From a virus: 64,000 nt of DNA. The stretch is from the IMG/VR virus record IMGVR_UViG_3300021138_000002, positions 64,001 through 128,000 of that record; one strand, given 5' to 3'. The translations under genes and the position numbers were made by a program. Positions 27,709 to 37,743 of this stretch are shown one piece after another (position 1 is the first letter of the stretch; each line of letters starts with the position of its first letter). The notes under the pieces were generated by a model, which had not been told where the DNA came from, made no database searches, and saw nothing but the letters and a program-made list of their open reading frames with translations.

Positions 27709-30700
27709 ATGACAAATCGTTTTCCACTAATATCTAATGCAACAGCAAATCAGATACAAGAAATCGCCGTTGGCGATTTTCTAGATTTAAGCCAAAGTGG
27801 TATAGCCAACAGCGGTAATATTACAGTAGCTTCCGGTAGCTTTTTTATCGGAGACGGATCAAAACTAACCGGAGTAACTGCCGAAGGAGCAAATGCTGCT
27901 GAGCTGATAGGAAATACTCTCAGTTCTAATGTGCTTTTTTCAAGTTTAACCTCGGTGGGCACATTGACCACTGTTAGTGTATCGGGCAATATAGGTGGCG
28001 GAAACGTTTTAACCGGTGGCCTGATCAGTGCCAGTGGCAATATTACTGGAAATTACATATTAGGTAATGGTGCTTGTTTGACTGGTGTGATCACTAGTGT
28101 GGCCAATATCAATAACGGTACTTCAAATGTCGCAATCACCACTTCGGGTGGAAATGTCAATGTGGCAATTGCCGGCAATGCTATTGCTGCATTTACAGCC
28201 AATGGCTTGATGCCAGCTGCTAATGTCACATACAGTCTTGGATCAACTACCCAAAGATGGAAAGATCTTTGGGTCGCTAACAGTACAATTTACATGGGCA
28301 ATGTCAGTCTTGCCACAACTGGAGACACATTAACGGTCAACGGTGCTAATGTTTTAACTGGTACCAATGGTGGATTTAGCACTGCTGGCAATATCACCGG
28401 CGGTAATATTTTAAACAACGGATTGATCAGTTCAACCGGCAACAGCACAGCAGCCAATTATCAGACTGCAGGACTGGTATCAGCCACAGGTAACATTACC
28501 GGTGGCAATGTGTTAACCGGTGCTGTATCAGCTTCGGGCAACATAACTGGCGCCAACATCTTGACTGTTGGGCTAGTAAGTGCTGGCGCCAACATTACCA
28601 GTGCAACCAACATCAACGGTGGCAATTTGATTGCAACCGGTATAAACGGTTTTGTGAGTGCTAACGGTAACATTGTGACAGCATTTGGTAGTTTTATTGG
28701 AACAGCTATGTCTGTGAGTGGCAACATTGCAGGCGGCAATGTCAATACCGGCAGCATCAGTCAAACCGGCAATTTATATGTGGGCGGTAGTGCCAACATT
28801 ATCGGTAACTTGAATGTGTCGGGCAACGTGACATTCGTCAACAGCAACGTGATCACAGTCAATGACTTGTACATTGAGTTGGCCAACAATATTAACACTT
28901 ATGCCAATGCTAATTCGGCTGGATTGGCTGTTGGACCTGCCGGAAACGCATTATTCAACTGGCAATATCTTAACTCGGCTAACGCTTGGTCAACCAACAT
29001 CGGTATCAGTGCCGCAGGCAATGTCACAGTTGGCAATATTATCAACAAAGGATCTGAGACTGTTGTAGGCAATGTGATAGCAGCCGGATTCCAATATGCC
29101 AATGGTACTCCGGTACAAGGATCAGGCGCACAAGGCACAACCGGAACACAAGGCACTACTGGAGCTCAGGGCACAACCGGAGCACAAGGAACAACAGGTG
29201 CTCAAGGCACAACTGGAACACAAGGCACAACCGGAGCTCAAGGAACGCAAGGCACTACAGGTGCACAGGGAACCACAGGTGCACAGGGCACAACTGGAGC
29301 CCAGGGCACAACTGGAGCCCAGGGCACAACTGGAGCCCAGGGAACAACTGGTGCACAAGGTACAACCGGAGCCCAAGGAACCACAGGTGCACAGGGCACA
29401 ACCGGAGCACAAGGAACCACAGGAACACAAGGCACTACCGGAGCTCAAGGCACAACCGGAGCTCAAGGAACCACAGGTGCTCAAGGCACAACCGGATCAT
29501 TTAATGGCAATTTGACAGCCAATGTAAACGGCAATGGTTTCAGTATCAGCAATGTAGCTTATATCAGTACAAACAATAATATTACAGCTACCGGCAACGT
29601 AATTGGTGGCAATTTGCTTACCACTCTTGGCATCATCAGCACTGGTGGTAACATTTTTGGCTATCAAGAGTCATTGAGTGGTTCAAGTCAAGCAGCCAGC
29701 TACAGTGCCAGTGGTAACATAACCGGCGGTAACATAAACGCGGCTGTACTAATTTCGTCTGCCGGTAATGTATACGGAAACAATTTTGTAACCGCAGGTT
29801 CGGGCGGAGCATTATCGGGCACAGGTAATATAATTGGCGGTAACTTATTGACCAGTGGTGGCATAAGTGCTACCGGACAGATCAGTGCCACAGCCAACGT
29901 TACTGGTGGTAATGTCTTAACCGGCGGATTAGTTTCAGCCACAGCCAACGTTACTGGTGGCAATGTCTTAACCGGCGGATTAGTTTCAGCCACAGCCAAC
30001 GTTACTGGTGGCAATGTCATAACCGGCGGATTAGTCAGTGCCAACGGTACCATTACTGGCGGTAACATAAACACCGGTGGCGCAATATCAGCCAATGGCA
30101 ACGTCACTATAGGTACAGTTGGCTCAGGATCAGGCACCTATATTTCCGCACAAGGAAATATATCAGCTGCCAATATCATAACAACCGGTGCCAATGTAAG
30201 CAATATCATAATGCCTGGGTCGGGATATATCAGCGCCTATGGCAATATATATGGCGGTAATTTGATAGCAACCGCCGCAAGTGGATTTGTCAGTGCCAAT
30301 GGTAATATCGTGACAGCATTTGGTAGTTTTATTGGAACAGCAATGTCTGTGAGTGGCAATGTAAACAGTGGCAACATTAGAACTCTTGGTGTAGTCACAG
30401 CGTCTGGTAACGTAGTAGCGGCCGGATTCCAATATGCCAACGGTACCGCAGTACAAGGATCTGGAGCTCAAGGCACTACCGGTACACAGGGTACTACCGG
30501 AGCTCAAGGCACCACAGGTGCTCAAGGCACCACCGGTACACAGGGTACTACCGGAGCTCAAGGCACCACCGGTACACAGGGCACCACCGGTACACAGGGC
30601 ACAACTGGGGCTCAAGGCATTCAAGGTGTAGTTGGAACACAAGGTACAGTTGGCACTACGGGTGCTCAAGGAACTGTAGGTGCTCAAGGCATTCAAGGTG

Positions 30701-32298
30701 TAGTTGGAACACAAGGTGTAGTTGGAACACAAGGTACAGTTGGCACCACAGGTGCACAAGGCACAACAGGTACAACTGGATCAACCGGAGCACAGGGAAC
30801 CACAGGTGCACAAGGCACAACAGGTACAACTGGATCAACCGGTGCACAAGGAACCACAGGTGCACAAGGCACAACAGGTACAACTGGAGCACAAGGAACC
30901 ACAGGTGCACAAGGCATCACTGGATCAACCGGTCTAGGATATTCTGGATTGACATCCTCAAGTAGCCAAACTATTGCATCAAGCGGCACATTCACGCTTA
31001 CCACAAACTTGGCATCAACAGCGACAGCGTTTGCCATTGGACAACGTGTACGAGTATTCAACACACCAACTCCGGCCAACTTTATTGAGGGTACTATTGC
31101 CACGTTCTCTAGTACTTCGATGACTGTAACCATAACTAACAGCGGCGGTTCGGGAACATTCAGTGCTTGGACTATTGTTGACGCAGGTGTACAAGGTGCA
31201 CAAGGTACAACAGGTACAACCGGTAGCCAAGGTACCACAGGTAACACTGGTAGCCAAGGTACAGCTGGTACCAACGGAAACAACGGAAGCCAAGGTACAA
31301 CAGGTACTACAGGTAGCCAAGGTACCGCTGGTAACAACGGAAATAACGGAAGCCAAGGTACTGCTGGTAACAACGGAAACAACGGAAGCCAAGGTACAAC
31401 AGGTACAACCGGTAGCCAGGGTGCCACTGGACCACAGGGCAATCAGGGTAACACCGGTACACAAGGTACTACAGGTACAACCGGTAGCCAAGGCACAACA
31501 GGACCACAAGGCAATCAGGGTAATACTGGTAGCCAAGGTACTACAGGTGCAACAGGTAGCCAAGGTGCGACTGGACCACAGGGCAATCAGGGTAATACAG
31601 GTAGCCAAGGCGCAACAGGACCACAGGGCAATCAGGGTAATACAGGTAGCCAAGGTACTACAGGTGCAACAGGTAACCAAGGTAATCCGGGTAATACCGG
31701 TAGCCAAGGTACTGCTGGATCAACTGGTAGCCAAGGTGCCACAGGTCCAAGCACAGCAATCAATGCCACGGCAGTTAGTACCGGTACATACTATCCGGTA
31801 TTTGTTGCCTCAGCTGGATCAAATCAGACTCCAAGCATAAGAACCACTGCTACTGCATTCAGCTTCAATGCTGGAACCAACGTGCTTACTGTTACTGCAA
31901 CCACAGCACAATACGCCGACTTGGCAGAATGCTATGCAGCCGATGCCGAATATGCTCCTGGAACAGTAGTAGTGTTTGGTGGAACAAACGAAGTCACAAT
32001 CAGCGATATCGCAAGTAATCCTGCGGTAGCTGGTGTGGTCAGTACCGAACCAGCTCACTTGATGAATGCATTCCAACCGGGCAAAAACATAGTACCAGTT
32101 GCGTTGGTTGGACGTGTGCCTTGTCAAGTTACGGGTACGATCACCAAGGGCGATCGTTTGGTGACCAGCTCCATTCCGGGTGTGGCAGTTCGACTAGATC
32201 CAGATCTATATCAACCAGGTTGCTTGATTGGTAAAGCCCTGCAAGACTACGACAGTGACGCCATTGGCACCATCGAAGTAGCGGTAGGTCGAGCCTAA
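27709..32298 (+). CDS. collagen-like fibre protein with C-terminal chaperone/auto-cleavage-like domain
   Basis: MTNRFPL...QIQEI start; three G-X-Y tracts; C-terminal YADLAECY...PGTVV...GVVST.PA...[11 protein letters not shown]...IGKAL. Confidence 0.8.
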   Translation: MTNRFPLISNATANQIQEIAVGDFLDLSQSGIANSGNITVASGSFFIGDGSKLTGVTAEGANAAELIGNTLSSNVLFSSLTSVGTLTTVSVSGNIGGGNVLTGGLISASGNITGNYILGNGACLTGVITSVANINNGTSNVAITTSGGNVNVAIAGNAIAAFTANGLMPAANVTYSLGSTTQRWKDLWVANSTIYMGNVSLATTGDTLTVNGANVLTGTNGGFSTAGNITGGNILNNGLISSTGNSTAANYQTAGLVSATGNITGGNVLTGAVSASGNITGANILTVGLVSAGANITSATNINGGNLIATGINGFVSANGNIVTAFGSFIGTAMSVSGNIAGGNVNTGSISQTGNLYVGGSANIIGNLNVSGNVTFVNSNVITVNDLYIELANNINTYANANSAGLAVGPAGNALFNWQYLNSANAWSTNIGISAAGNVTVGNIINKGSETVVGNVIAAGFQYANGTPVQGSGAQGTTGTQGTTGAQGTTGAQGTTGAQGTTGTQGTTGAQGTQGTTGAQGTTGAQGTTGAQGTTGAQGTTGAQGTTGAQGTTGAQGTTGAQGTTGAQGTTGTQGTTGAQGTTGAQGTTGAQGTTGSFNGNLTANVNGNGFSISNVAYISTNNNITATGNVIGGNLLTTLGIISTGGNIFGYQESLSGSSQAASYSASGNITGGNINAAVLISSAGNVYGNNFVTAGSGGALSGTGNIIGGNLLTSGGISATGQISATANVTGGNVLTGGLVSATANVTGGNVLTGGLVSATANVTGGNVITGGLVSANGTITGGNINTGGAISANGNVTIGTVGSGSGTYISAQGNISAANIITTGANVSNIIMPGSGYISAYGNIYGGNLIATAASGFVSANGNIVTAFGSFIGTAMSVSGNVNSGNIRTLGVVTASGNVVAAGFQYANGTAVQGSGAQGTTGTQGTTGAQGTTGAQGTTGTQGTTGAQGTTGTQGTTGTQGTTGAQGIQGVVGTQGTVGTTGAQGTVGAQGIQGVVGTQGVVGTQGTVGTTGAQGTTGTTGSTGAQGTTGAQGTTGTTGSTGAQGTTGAQGTTGTTGAQGTTGAQGITGSTGLGYSGLTSSSSQTIASSGTFTLTTNLASTATAFAIGQRVRVFNTPTPANFIEGTIATFSSTSMTVTITNSGGSGTFSAWTIVDAGVQGAQGTTGTTGSQGTTGNTGSQGTAGTNGNNGSQGTTGTTGSQGTAGNNGNNGSQGTAGNNGNNGSQGTTGTTGSQGATGPQGNQGNTGTQGTTGTTGSQGTTGPQGNQGNTGSQGTTGATGSQGATGPQGNQGNTGSQGATGPQGNQGNTGSQGTTGATGNQGNPGNTGSQGTAGSTGSQGATGPSTAINATAVSTGTYYPVFVASAGSNQTPSIRTTATAFSFNAGTNVLTVTATTAQYADLAECYAADAEYAPGTVVVFGGTNEVTISDIASNPAVAGVVSTEPAHLMNAFQPGKNIVPVALVGRVPCQVTGTITKGDRLVTSSIPGVAVRLDPDLYQPGCLIGKALQDYDSDAIGTIEVAVGRA
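29116..29497 (+). repeat. collagen-like (GAQGTT)n 18-nt coding repeat, tract 1
   Basis: Degenerate GGnGCnCArGGnACnACn repeats. Confidence 0.9.
30457..30940 (+). repeat. collagen-like G-X-Y repeat, tract 2
   Basis: [12 protein letters not shown] and GTTGST repeats. Confidence 0.9.
31186..31750 (+). repeat. collagen-like G-X-Y repeat, tract 3
   Basis: [15 protein letters not shown] and GNNGNN repeats. Confidence 0.9.
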
Positions 32299-32348
32299 AA
32301 CACACAAAAATATCAGTACTATCATTCGGCAGTCATAAATGATAGTAC

Positions 32349-33356
32349 ATGATGAACATTGCACAACAAATCAAAAAAACCGGCCTGGTAAAATCCTCAC
32401 TTGATCGGGGTGGAAGCATACATCCCTTGATCATTCCAGCCGAGCTCACAAACGGTACTGGGCTGATGAATCCCAGCATTTACTTGGACAACGATCAACT
32501 GGTGGTCAACATACGCCACGTAAATTACACCTTGTATCACTCAGAGAATAAAAAATTCCAACACAGATACGGACCTTTGCAGTACCTACATCCTGAAAAT
32601 GACCGTAATCTGCGTACCTGGAACTTTTATTGTACACTGAACGATGATCTTTCTCTGAGCCAAATCACCACAGTGGACACATCAAAACTGGATGTTGAAC
32701 CAATCTGGGAGTTTGTTGGCTTGGAAGATGCTAGACTGTTTAGATGGGACAACAAGATGTATCTGTGCGGAGTACGCAGGGACACTACCACAAACGGCCA
32801 AGGTCGTATGGAACTCAGCGAACTCAGTGTCAAAACCAATATTGTAAGAGAAATCAAACGTACCCGGATTCCGGCACCGGGTGCCAACGCTACCTACTGC
32901 GAAAAAAACTGGATGCCCATCATAGATCAGCCGTTCCACTATGTCAAATGGTCCAATCCTACCGAAGTGGTCCGATTCAATCCGATCGATGGAACTACTG
33001 TGACAGTGCATCTGGATGAAACCAAATTCATAAGCGGTCAACCTGATTTCCGCGGTAGCAGTCAAGTCATACCCTACGGCGATTACTACCTGGCACTCAT
33101 ACACGAAGTTGATTTATTCAAAAGCGAAACTGGCGAAAAAGATGCGGCCTACAAGCATAGATTTTTGGTCTGGGATCGGTCATGGAATATTGTAAAATTT
33201 ACCGACTCATTCACTTTCATGAATGCCGACATTGAGTTTTGTTGTGGTGCTACCTTCTTCCAAGATGATTTACTGTTGAGTTTTGGCTTCCAAGACAACT
33301 GTGCTTTTATCTTGCGTATGCCCACGACCATGCTGGCAGAATATCTAGGAGTTTGA
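32349..33356 (+). CDS. five-bladed beta-propeller glycoside hydrolase-like protein (GH130/43 clan-like)
   Basis: NPSI, GLEDARL, EKNWMP, RGSSQ, H..Y.HRF and IEFCCG...SFG.QD motifs. Confidence 0.6.
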   Translation: MMNIAQQIKKTGLVKSSLDRGGSIHPLIIPAELTNGTGLMNPSIYLDNDQLVVNIRHVNYTLYHSENKKFQHRYGPLQYLHPENDRNLRTWNFYCTLNDDLSLSQITTVDTSKLDVEPIWEFVGLEDARLFRWDNKMYLCGVRRDTTTNGQGRMELSELSVKTNIVREIKRTRIPAPGANATYCEKNWMPIIDQPFHYVKWSNPTEVVRFNPIDGTTVTVHLDETKFISGQPDFRGSSQVIPYGDYYLALIHEVDLFKSETGEKDAAYKHRFLVWDRSWNIVKFTDSFTFMNADIEFCCGATFFQDDLLLSFGFQDNCAFILRMPTTMLAEYLGV

Positions 33357-33357
33357 C

Positions 33358-35247
33358 ATGCTGACCCAATGCTTACACGAATATATACAGAATCCCAATT
33401 TGGCCCAGGCCAATTTTGATCTAGGCTGGGCCTATGAATCAATAGGACAAACCGGGGCAGCCATCAGTTTTTATTTGCGTACTGCTGAACGATCTGAAAC
33501 TGATCTTGAGCAATACGAAGCCCTGTTAAGGATGGCCTTGTGTTTTGAACGCCAACGCACCAGAGATGACACCGAAAAAGTCATACTGCAAAAAGCCATC
33601 AGCTTGTTACCCAGGAGACCCGAAGCCTATTTCGTATTGAGTCGCTTGCACGAAGTCAATCGCGAATGGCACGATGCTTATACCATGGCCAGCATTGGAT
33701 TGTCCACTTGTGATTTTGATTTGCCCGCACTGTCAACTGATGTACAATATCCAGGAAGATATGGACTGCTGTTTGAAAAGGGTGTAGCTGCATGGTGGGT
33801 GGGACAGACCGAACAGTCTAGAGAGATCATGCATGATCTAAAATTCAGTCACCGCATAACCGAAGCGTTCACAAACGCAGTCAACAGGAATCTGGCCAGC
33901 ATAGGATGGCCAAACACCACAACTCCGTACAAGCCCGACATGCAATCACGGTCTCGGGTACAATTTGCCGGTATTGCCACAGTTGAAAAGAATTACTCAC
34001 AGAGCTATCAAGATCTTTTTGTGTTATCAGCTACCAACGGAAAACGACAAGGTCGTTATTTGGAAATTGGCAGTGCTGAGCCATTCAAAAACAACAACAC
34101 AGCACTGTTGGAAACTGAATTTGGTTGGACCGGAGTCAGTGTAGATATCAATCAAGCTGTGGTAACCGACTTCATGAACAAACGCAACAATCTTGTGTTC
34201 TGTTTAGATGCTACCAAAATTGACTACGCCAAGTTCCTGGCCACGCTGGGATTTGCTGGCGACATGGACTATTTGCAAGTAGATTGCGATCCGCCCACTT
34301 ACTCGTTTGAAATATTGAAACGCATTCCTTTTGATCAGATGAGATTTGCTACTATCACGTTCGAGCACGATTACTATGTGGATACCACGATCAGGGATCA
34401 AGCAAGACAATATTTACGATCAAAAGGATATCGGTTGGCCGCTGGCAACGTGGCCTACAACAAGATACACAGCTACGAAGATTGGTGGATACATCCTGAC
34501 TTGGTTGATCCGGCTATACAGAAACTGTTGATAGAACCCGATGACACAATTAAATTTGCCGGTGATTATCTTTTTCCGACCGAGACTGTGGCATTGCCAA
34601 CCATCGCCGTTGAACCAGATCTGCCGGCAATCAATCGACCCAGATCAGTCATCTCAAGACCCAAGTCTGACTTGATCAATGCCAACTACATGCCGGGATT
34701 CTGGGTGGTGGACAATTTTTATAGTGATCCTGATGCTGTCAGAGCTTTTGCGTTACAACAAGAATATGAGCCCAGTGGTCCGGGAAAACCTTACATAGGC
34801 AGTCGTACCTACAAGCAATTTTTGTTTCCTGGCCTCAAGGAAGAATTTGAATACATCATGGGCAGAAAAATAACCGAATGGGAATCGCACGGCATGAACG
34901 GTCGATTCCAGTTCAATGTCGAGGGCGAACCCTTGGTCTATCATGCCGATCTACAACAGTGGGCGGCCATGTTGTATCTCACTCCCAATGCTCCTTATCA
35001 AACAGGAACCATGACACACGCTCTCAAAGGCACAGACATACGACACAGCAGTCATCCTGAGTTTGGTCGCTGTTTTAGACCGGGTTCAAGAAATCTTGAC
35101 AAAACACCGTTTGAAGATGTGGATATCCTGGGTAATGTGTACAACCGCCTGGTCATATTCAATGCCGGATACCTGCACAGTGCTTGTGGGTATTTTGGTT
35201 GGACACAAGAAAATTCACGATTGTGGCAAATGTTCTTTTTTGATTAA
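33358..35247 (+). CDS. TPR + FkbM-like methyltransferase + 2OG-Fe(II) oxygenase (DUF6445-like) fusion
   Basis: N-terminal TPRs; YSQSYQD..V...G.YLEIGS...NNT.LLE..GW.G.S.D, DYLQVD and ITFEHD; VVDNFY.DPD.VR, H.D...WAA.LYL.P and NVYNRLVIF...H. Confidence 0.75.
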   Translation: MLTQCLHEYIQNPNLAQANFDLGWAYESIGQTGAAISFYLRTAERSETDLEQYEALLRMALCFERQRTRDDTEKVILQKAISLLPRRPEAYFVLSRLHEVNREWHDAYTMASIGLSTCDFDLPALSTDVQYPGRYGLLFEKGVAAWWVGQTEQSREIMHDLKFSHRITEAFTNAVNRNLASIGWPNTTTPYKPDMQSRSRVQFAGIATVEKNYSQSYQDLFVLSATNGKRQGRYLEIGSAEPFKNNNTALLETEFGWTGVSVDINQAVVTDFMNKRNNLVFCLDATKIDYAKFLATLGFAGDMDYLQVDCDPPTYSFEILKRIPFDQMRFATITFEHDYYVDTTIRDQARQYLRSKGYRLAAGNVAYNKIHSYEDWWIHPDLVDPAIQKLLIEPDDTIKFAGDYLFPTETVALPTIAVEPDLPAINRPRSVISRPKSDLINANYMPGFWVVDNFYSDPDAVRAFALQQEYEPSGPGKPYIGSRTYKQFLFPGLKEEFEYIMGRKITEWESHGMNGRFQFNVEGEPLVYHADLQQWAAMLYLTPNAPYQTGTMTHALKGTDIRHSSHPEFGRCFRPGSRNLDKTPFEDVDILGNVYNRLVIFNAGYLHSACGYFGWTQENSRLWQMFFFD

Positions 35248-35268
35248 ATATTACAACAAGGAACAACC

Positions 35269-35931
35269 ATGGACGCACGATACAGACGAGATTATCCCGG
35301 AGAGTTTGTAATACTAAACACCCGCTGGGCCGGTGGTAAAAAAGAAGAAACACGAGAGTGGATTGCCAACCCTATTGAAAATCATCATATCAGCGGCCGT
35401 GCTGCCTGCATAGGACACACAGCAGAAAAACAATACTTTGACTATACACGACTACAACGCCATCGAGGCGGTTTGCTTGGTTCAAAAAAATTACAAACCT
35501 ATGGCATAGGTGATATAGCTCAAGAAATGCGACTGGATTTCACAATCGAAACACGCAGACCGCAGTTGGCTGACTTGATCGAATCTGGATATACCAAAAA
35601 CAACATCGTGTATACTGATGCCAGAAACTGTATCACCAACCCAGGCGAATTTTATCTTATTCCTTACAAGCCCAAATTGCTGGACCTGGTCATACTCATG
35701 TATTTGGCCGCATTTGACGGACACAGCGAAATATTCATGATAGGTTACCACAAAGAAACTGACGCAGGGAATCCCGGCTGGATCGATCAGGTCTGTGAAG
35801 TGATGCGTGCCTATTCGGGTACTCAATTTACTTTTGCTGGTGAACCCACAAACATGCCCGACAGTTGGTTGGATTTGCCCAATGCTCGTGCGTTAAACTA
35901 TCGAGACTTCATAGGCTACTGCGACATTTGA
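35269..35931 (+). CDS. hypothetical protein, possibly Rossmann/glycosyltransferase-related
   Basis: 220-aa ORF with late motif and SD; AACIG and YLAAFDGHSEIFMIG. Confidence 0.55.
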   Translation: MDARYRRDYPGEFVILNTRWAGGKKEETREWIANPIENHHISGRAACIGHTAEKQYFDYTRLQRHRGGLLGSKKLQTYGIGDIAQEMRLDFTIETRRPQLADLIESGYTKNNIVYTDARNCITNPGEFYLIPYKPKLLDLVILMYLAAFDGHSEIFMIGYHKETDAGNPGWIDQVCEVMRAYSGTQFTFAGEPTNMPDSWLDLPNARALNYRDFIGYCDI

Positions 35932-36410
35932 ATCTGTGCTTCCATCACATGGATTTTGTCTTGCACAGCATCAAAATTCACGGTGCTCCATAGTCCCGGA
36001 TGTAAAGGTTTAGGCCAGCGTCCGGATGCTATCCAGGCCCAACCCACGTGCTCGTCGTTTAGGACCGGTGCGAATTCGGCCGACACACTGCAAAAAAATG
36101 TATGATACGCAAAGCCCGAATCGGCTGTGGTAAATTTTTCCAAAGGTACCAGTTTCAAATAGTCGGGCATTGAGCCCAATTCCTCAGTGCATTCTCGCAC
36201 CATGGCCTGCATGAGAGTTTCTCCAGGTTCAACACGACCGCCTGGTAATCCCCAGGTGTCTGGATGCTTGTGATCGTTACGCATGAGATACAGGTAGGTG
36301 TTGGTTTTCACACTATAAAACCAAATGCCCACTGCATTTACAATACCAGAGTCCATGAGCCTCCTTTGTATAGACCTTGATAGCTTTTGACCCAAGCGTC
36401 GCCGGTCCAT
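35916..36410 (-). CDS. NUDIX hydrolase (true start probably ~50 nt further downstream)
   Basis: WGLPGGRVEPGETLMQAMVRECTEELG Nudix box; LNDEH. Confidence 0.9.
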   Translation of the reverse strand: MDRRRLGQKLSRSIQRRLMDSGIVNAVGIWFYSVKTNTYLYLMRNDHKHPDTWGLPGGRVEPGETLMQAMVRECTEELGSMPDYLKLVPLEKFTTADSGFAYHTFFCSVSAEFAPVLNDEHVGWAWIASGRWPKPLHPGLWSTVNFDAVQDKIHVMEAQIQMSQ

Positions 36411-37741
36411 CTATATTGCAGTTCGGTGTTTATGTTGGTCACATACTGATAGTTGTCGGGGCTGGTTGTGCTGTCAAAAGACACCACCCAACTGCCGCCA
36501 TCATATTCCACGATGTCATTGGCATTGGCCACCATGGGTTGTCCAGCCAGACCCGACCATGCAGCAGCATTGGCAGTGTTGTCGTTCCAACTGCCGGTGC
36601 TTTCGGTCAGCAAATATCTAGTGCCTTCCGCAGCGTCAGGCAGGCCGGCTCCGGGTCCACTCAACAACGGATTGATAACAGCGTTGACCGGTGACAGGGT
36701 ATTGGCTGGCACAGTGTCTATGTTCACATTGAACAACAAGAATCTATCATCGGTAGGATCAAAACTCACAGTGCCGATCACATCGGTGCCGTCGGGCTGT
36801 TCCAGGCTGACATAACTGATTCCCGGTCTCAATGTACCATACATGCCGACCACAGAGGACCACATGAGGTTGCTGTCTGGACTGTCTGGCGGAATCAAAC
36901 TGGCGTCAGACTGATCGATCACTTCGGGTGCTCTTAACACTTGTAGAGTGTTGTTGATCAACAACACCTGATAGTTGAAAGGTGTAAAGGCCTGTCTGGT
37001 TCCTAGCAATAGATCGTTATCAGTAATGGCCAAGCTGGCGTCACCGTTGGCATTGTAGATACTAGCCACGATGCGTTCGACCACGCCCAGCTTTTTGACC
37101 TTGGCTGGACTGGAAATCCACATGGGCAATTTGAATCTTAAGGTGGCTATGTCGATGGGATTTTCTGTACCTACCGGAATACTGCGACTGCTCCACGTGA
37201 CATCATCCAAATATAACGTACTGAGACTGGTCCAATCTATGTAGTTATCGGTACTTTGTATTTCTAAACTGGGATTGAATAGCACCAGGATCTGTTCCAA
37301 CAACTGCATTTTTTGATTGGTATTCGACGTCCATAGGTCCAAATTTATTGTGAGTTCAAACGGCACTGGCATGACTCGATCTATGGTAAATGCATTGCCT
37401 TGCGTGGTTTCGTAAGTGTCGGTCATGCTGTCGTAGGTTCTTTGACGCACCTGGATGGTGCTGACAAAGTTGGGCTCCTGGATCATGGACCTGTTGTATT
37501 TGAGATCAGTAATATAAAAAGTCATTAACGGCGTGCTGGGCAATTCATTAGCCGAGTTTTGTTGTATGATGGTCTGGGCCTGTCGGCTGCTGTCACCGTA
37601 GCGTACTGGCACACGAACTAGTGTGTCGTTTTTACCTTCTTCGTTGCGACCGTATTCAACTTGAAAGTTACTAAAAATCCTAGAAAATTGCAAAAGGAAT
37701 CTTCTGATCTGGGCATCATAAAAATATTGTGTAACTGCCAT
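36338..37741 (-). CDS. tail sheath stabilizer / tail terminator (T4 gp15-like) with C-terminal extension
   Basis: YFYDAQIRRFL.QF..IFS, VPVRYG, MPVPF.L...L.LW.SN..QK.QLLEQIL..FNP. Confidence 0.75.
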   Translation of the reverse strand: MAVTQYFYDAQIRRFLLQFSRIFSNFQVEYGRNEEGKNDTLVRVPVRYGDSSRQAQTIIQQNSANELPSTPLMTFYITDLKYNRSMIQEPNFVSTIQVRQRTYDSMTDTYETTQGNAFTIDRVMPVPFELTINLDLWTSNTNQKMQLLEQILVLFNPSLEIQSTDNYIDWTSLSTLYLDDVTWSSRSIPVGTENPIDIATLRFKLPMWISSPAKVKKLGVVERIVASIYNANGDASLAITDNDLLLGTRQAFTPFNYQVLLINNTLQVLRAPEVIDQSDASLIPPDSPDSNLMWSSVVGMYGTLRPGISYVSLEQPDGTDVIGTVSFDPTDDRFLLFNVNIDTVPANTLSPVNAVINPLLSGPGAGLPDAAEGTRYLLTESTGSWNDNTANAAAWSGLAGQPMVANANDIVEYDGGSWVVSFDSTTSPDNYQYVTNINTELQYRWTGDAWVKSYQGLYKGGSWTLVL

Positions 37742-37743
37742 GA

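Noticed and set aside
29116-31750. Short regularly spaced direct repeats resembling a CRISPR array
   Set aside because: They are in-frame 9/18-nt G-X-Y collagen codon repeats with third-position variation and no unique spacers; there are no cas genes.
18180-31840. Numerous antisense and alternative-frame ORFs (LPPV.., VPCAP.. repeats)
   Set aside because: Shadow ORFs produced by the repetitive Gly/Asn/Thr-rich fibre genes; no independent SD, promoter or protein motifs.
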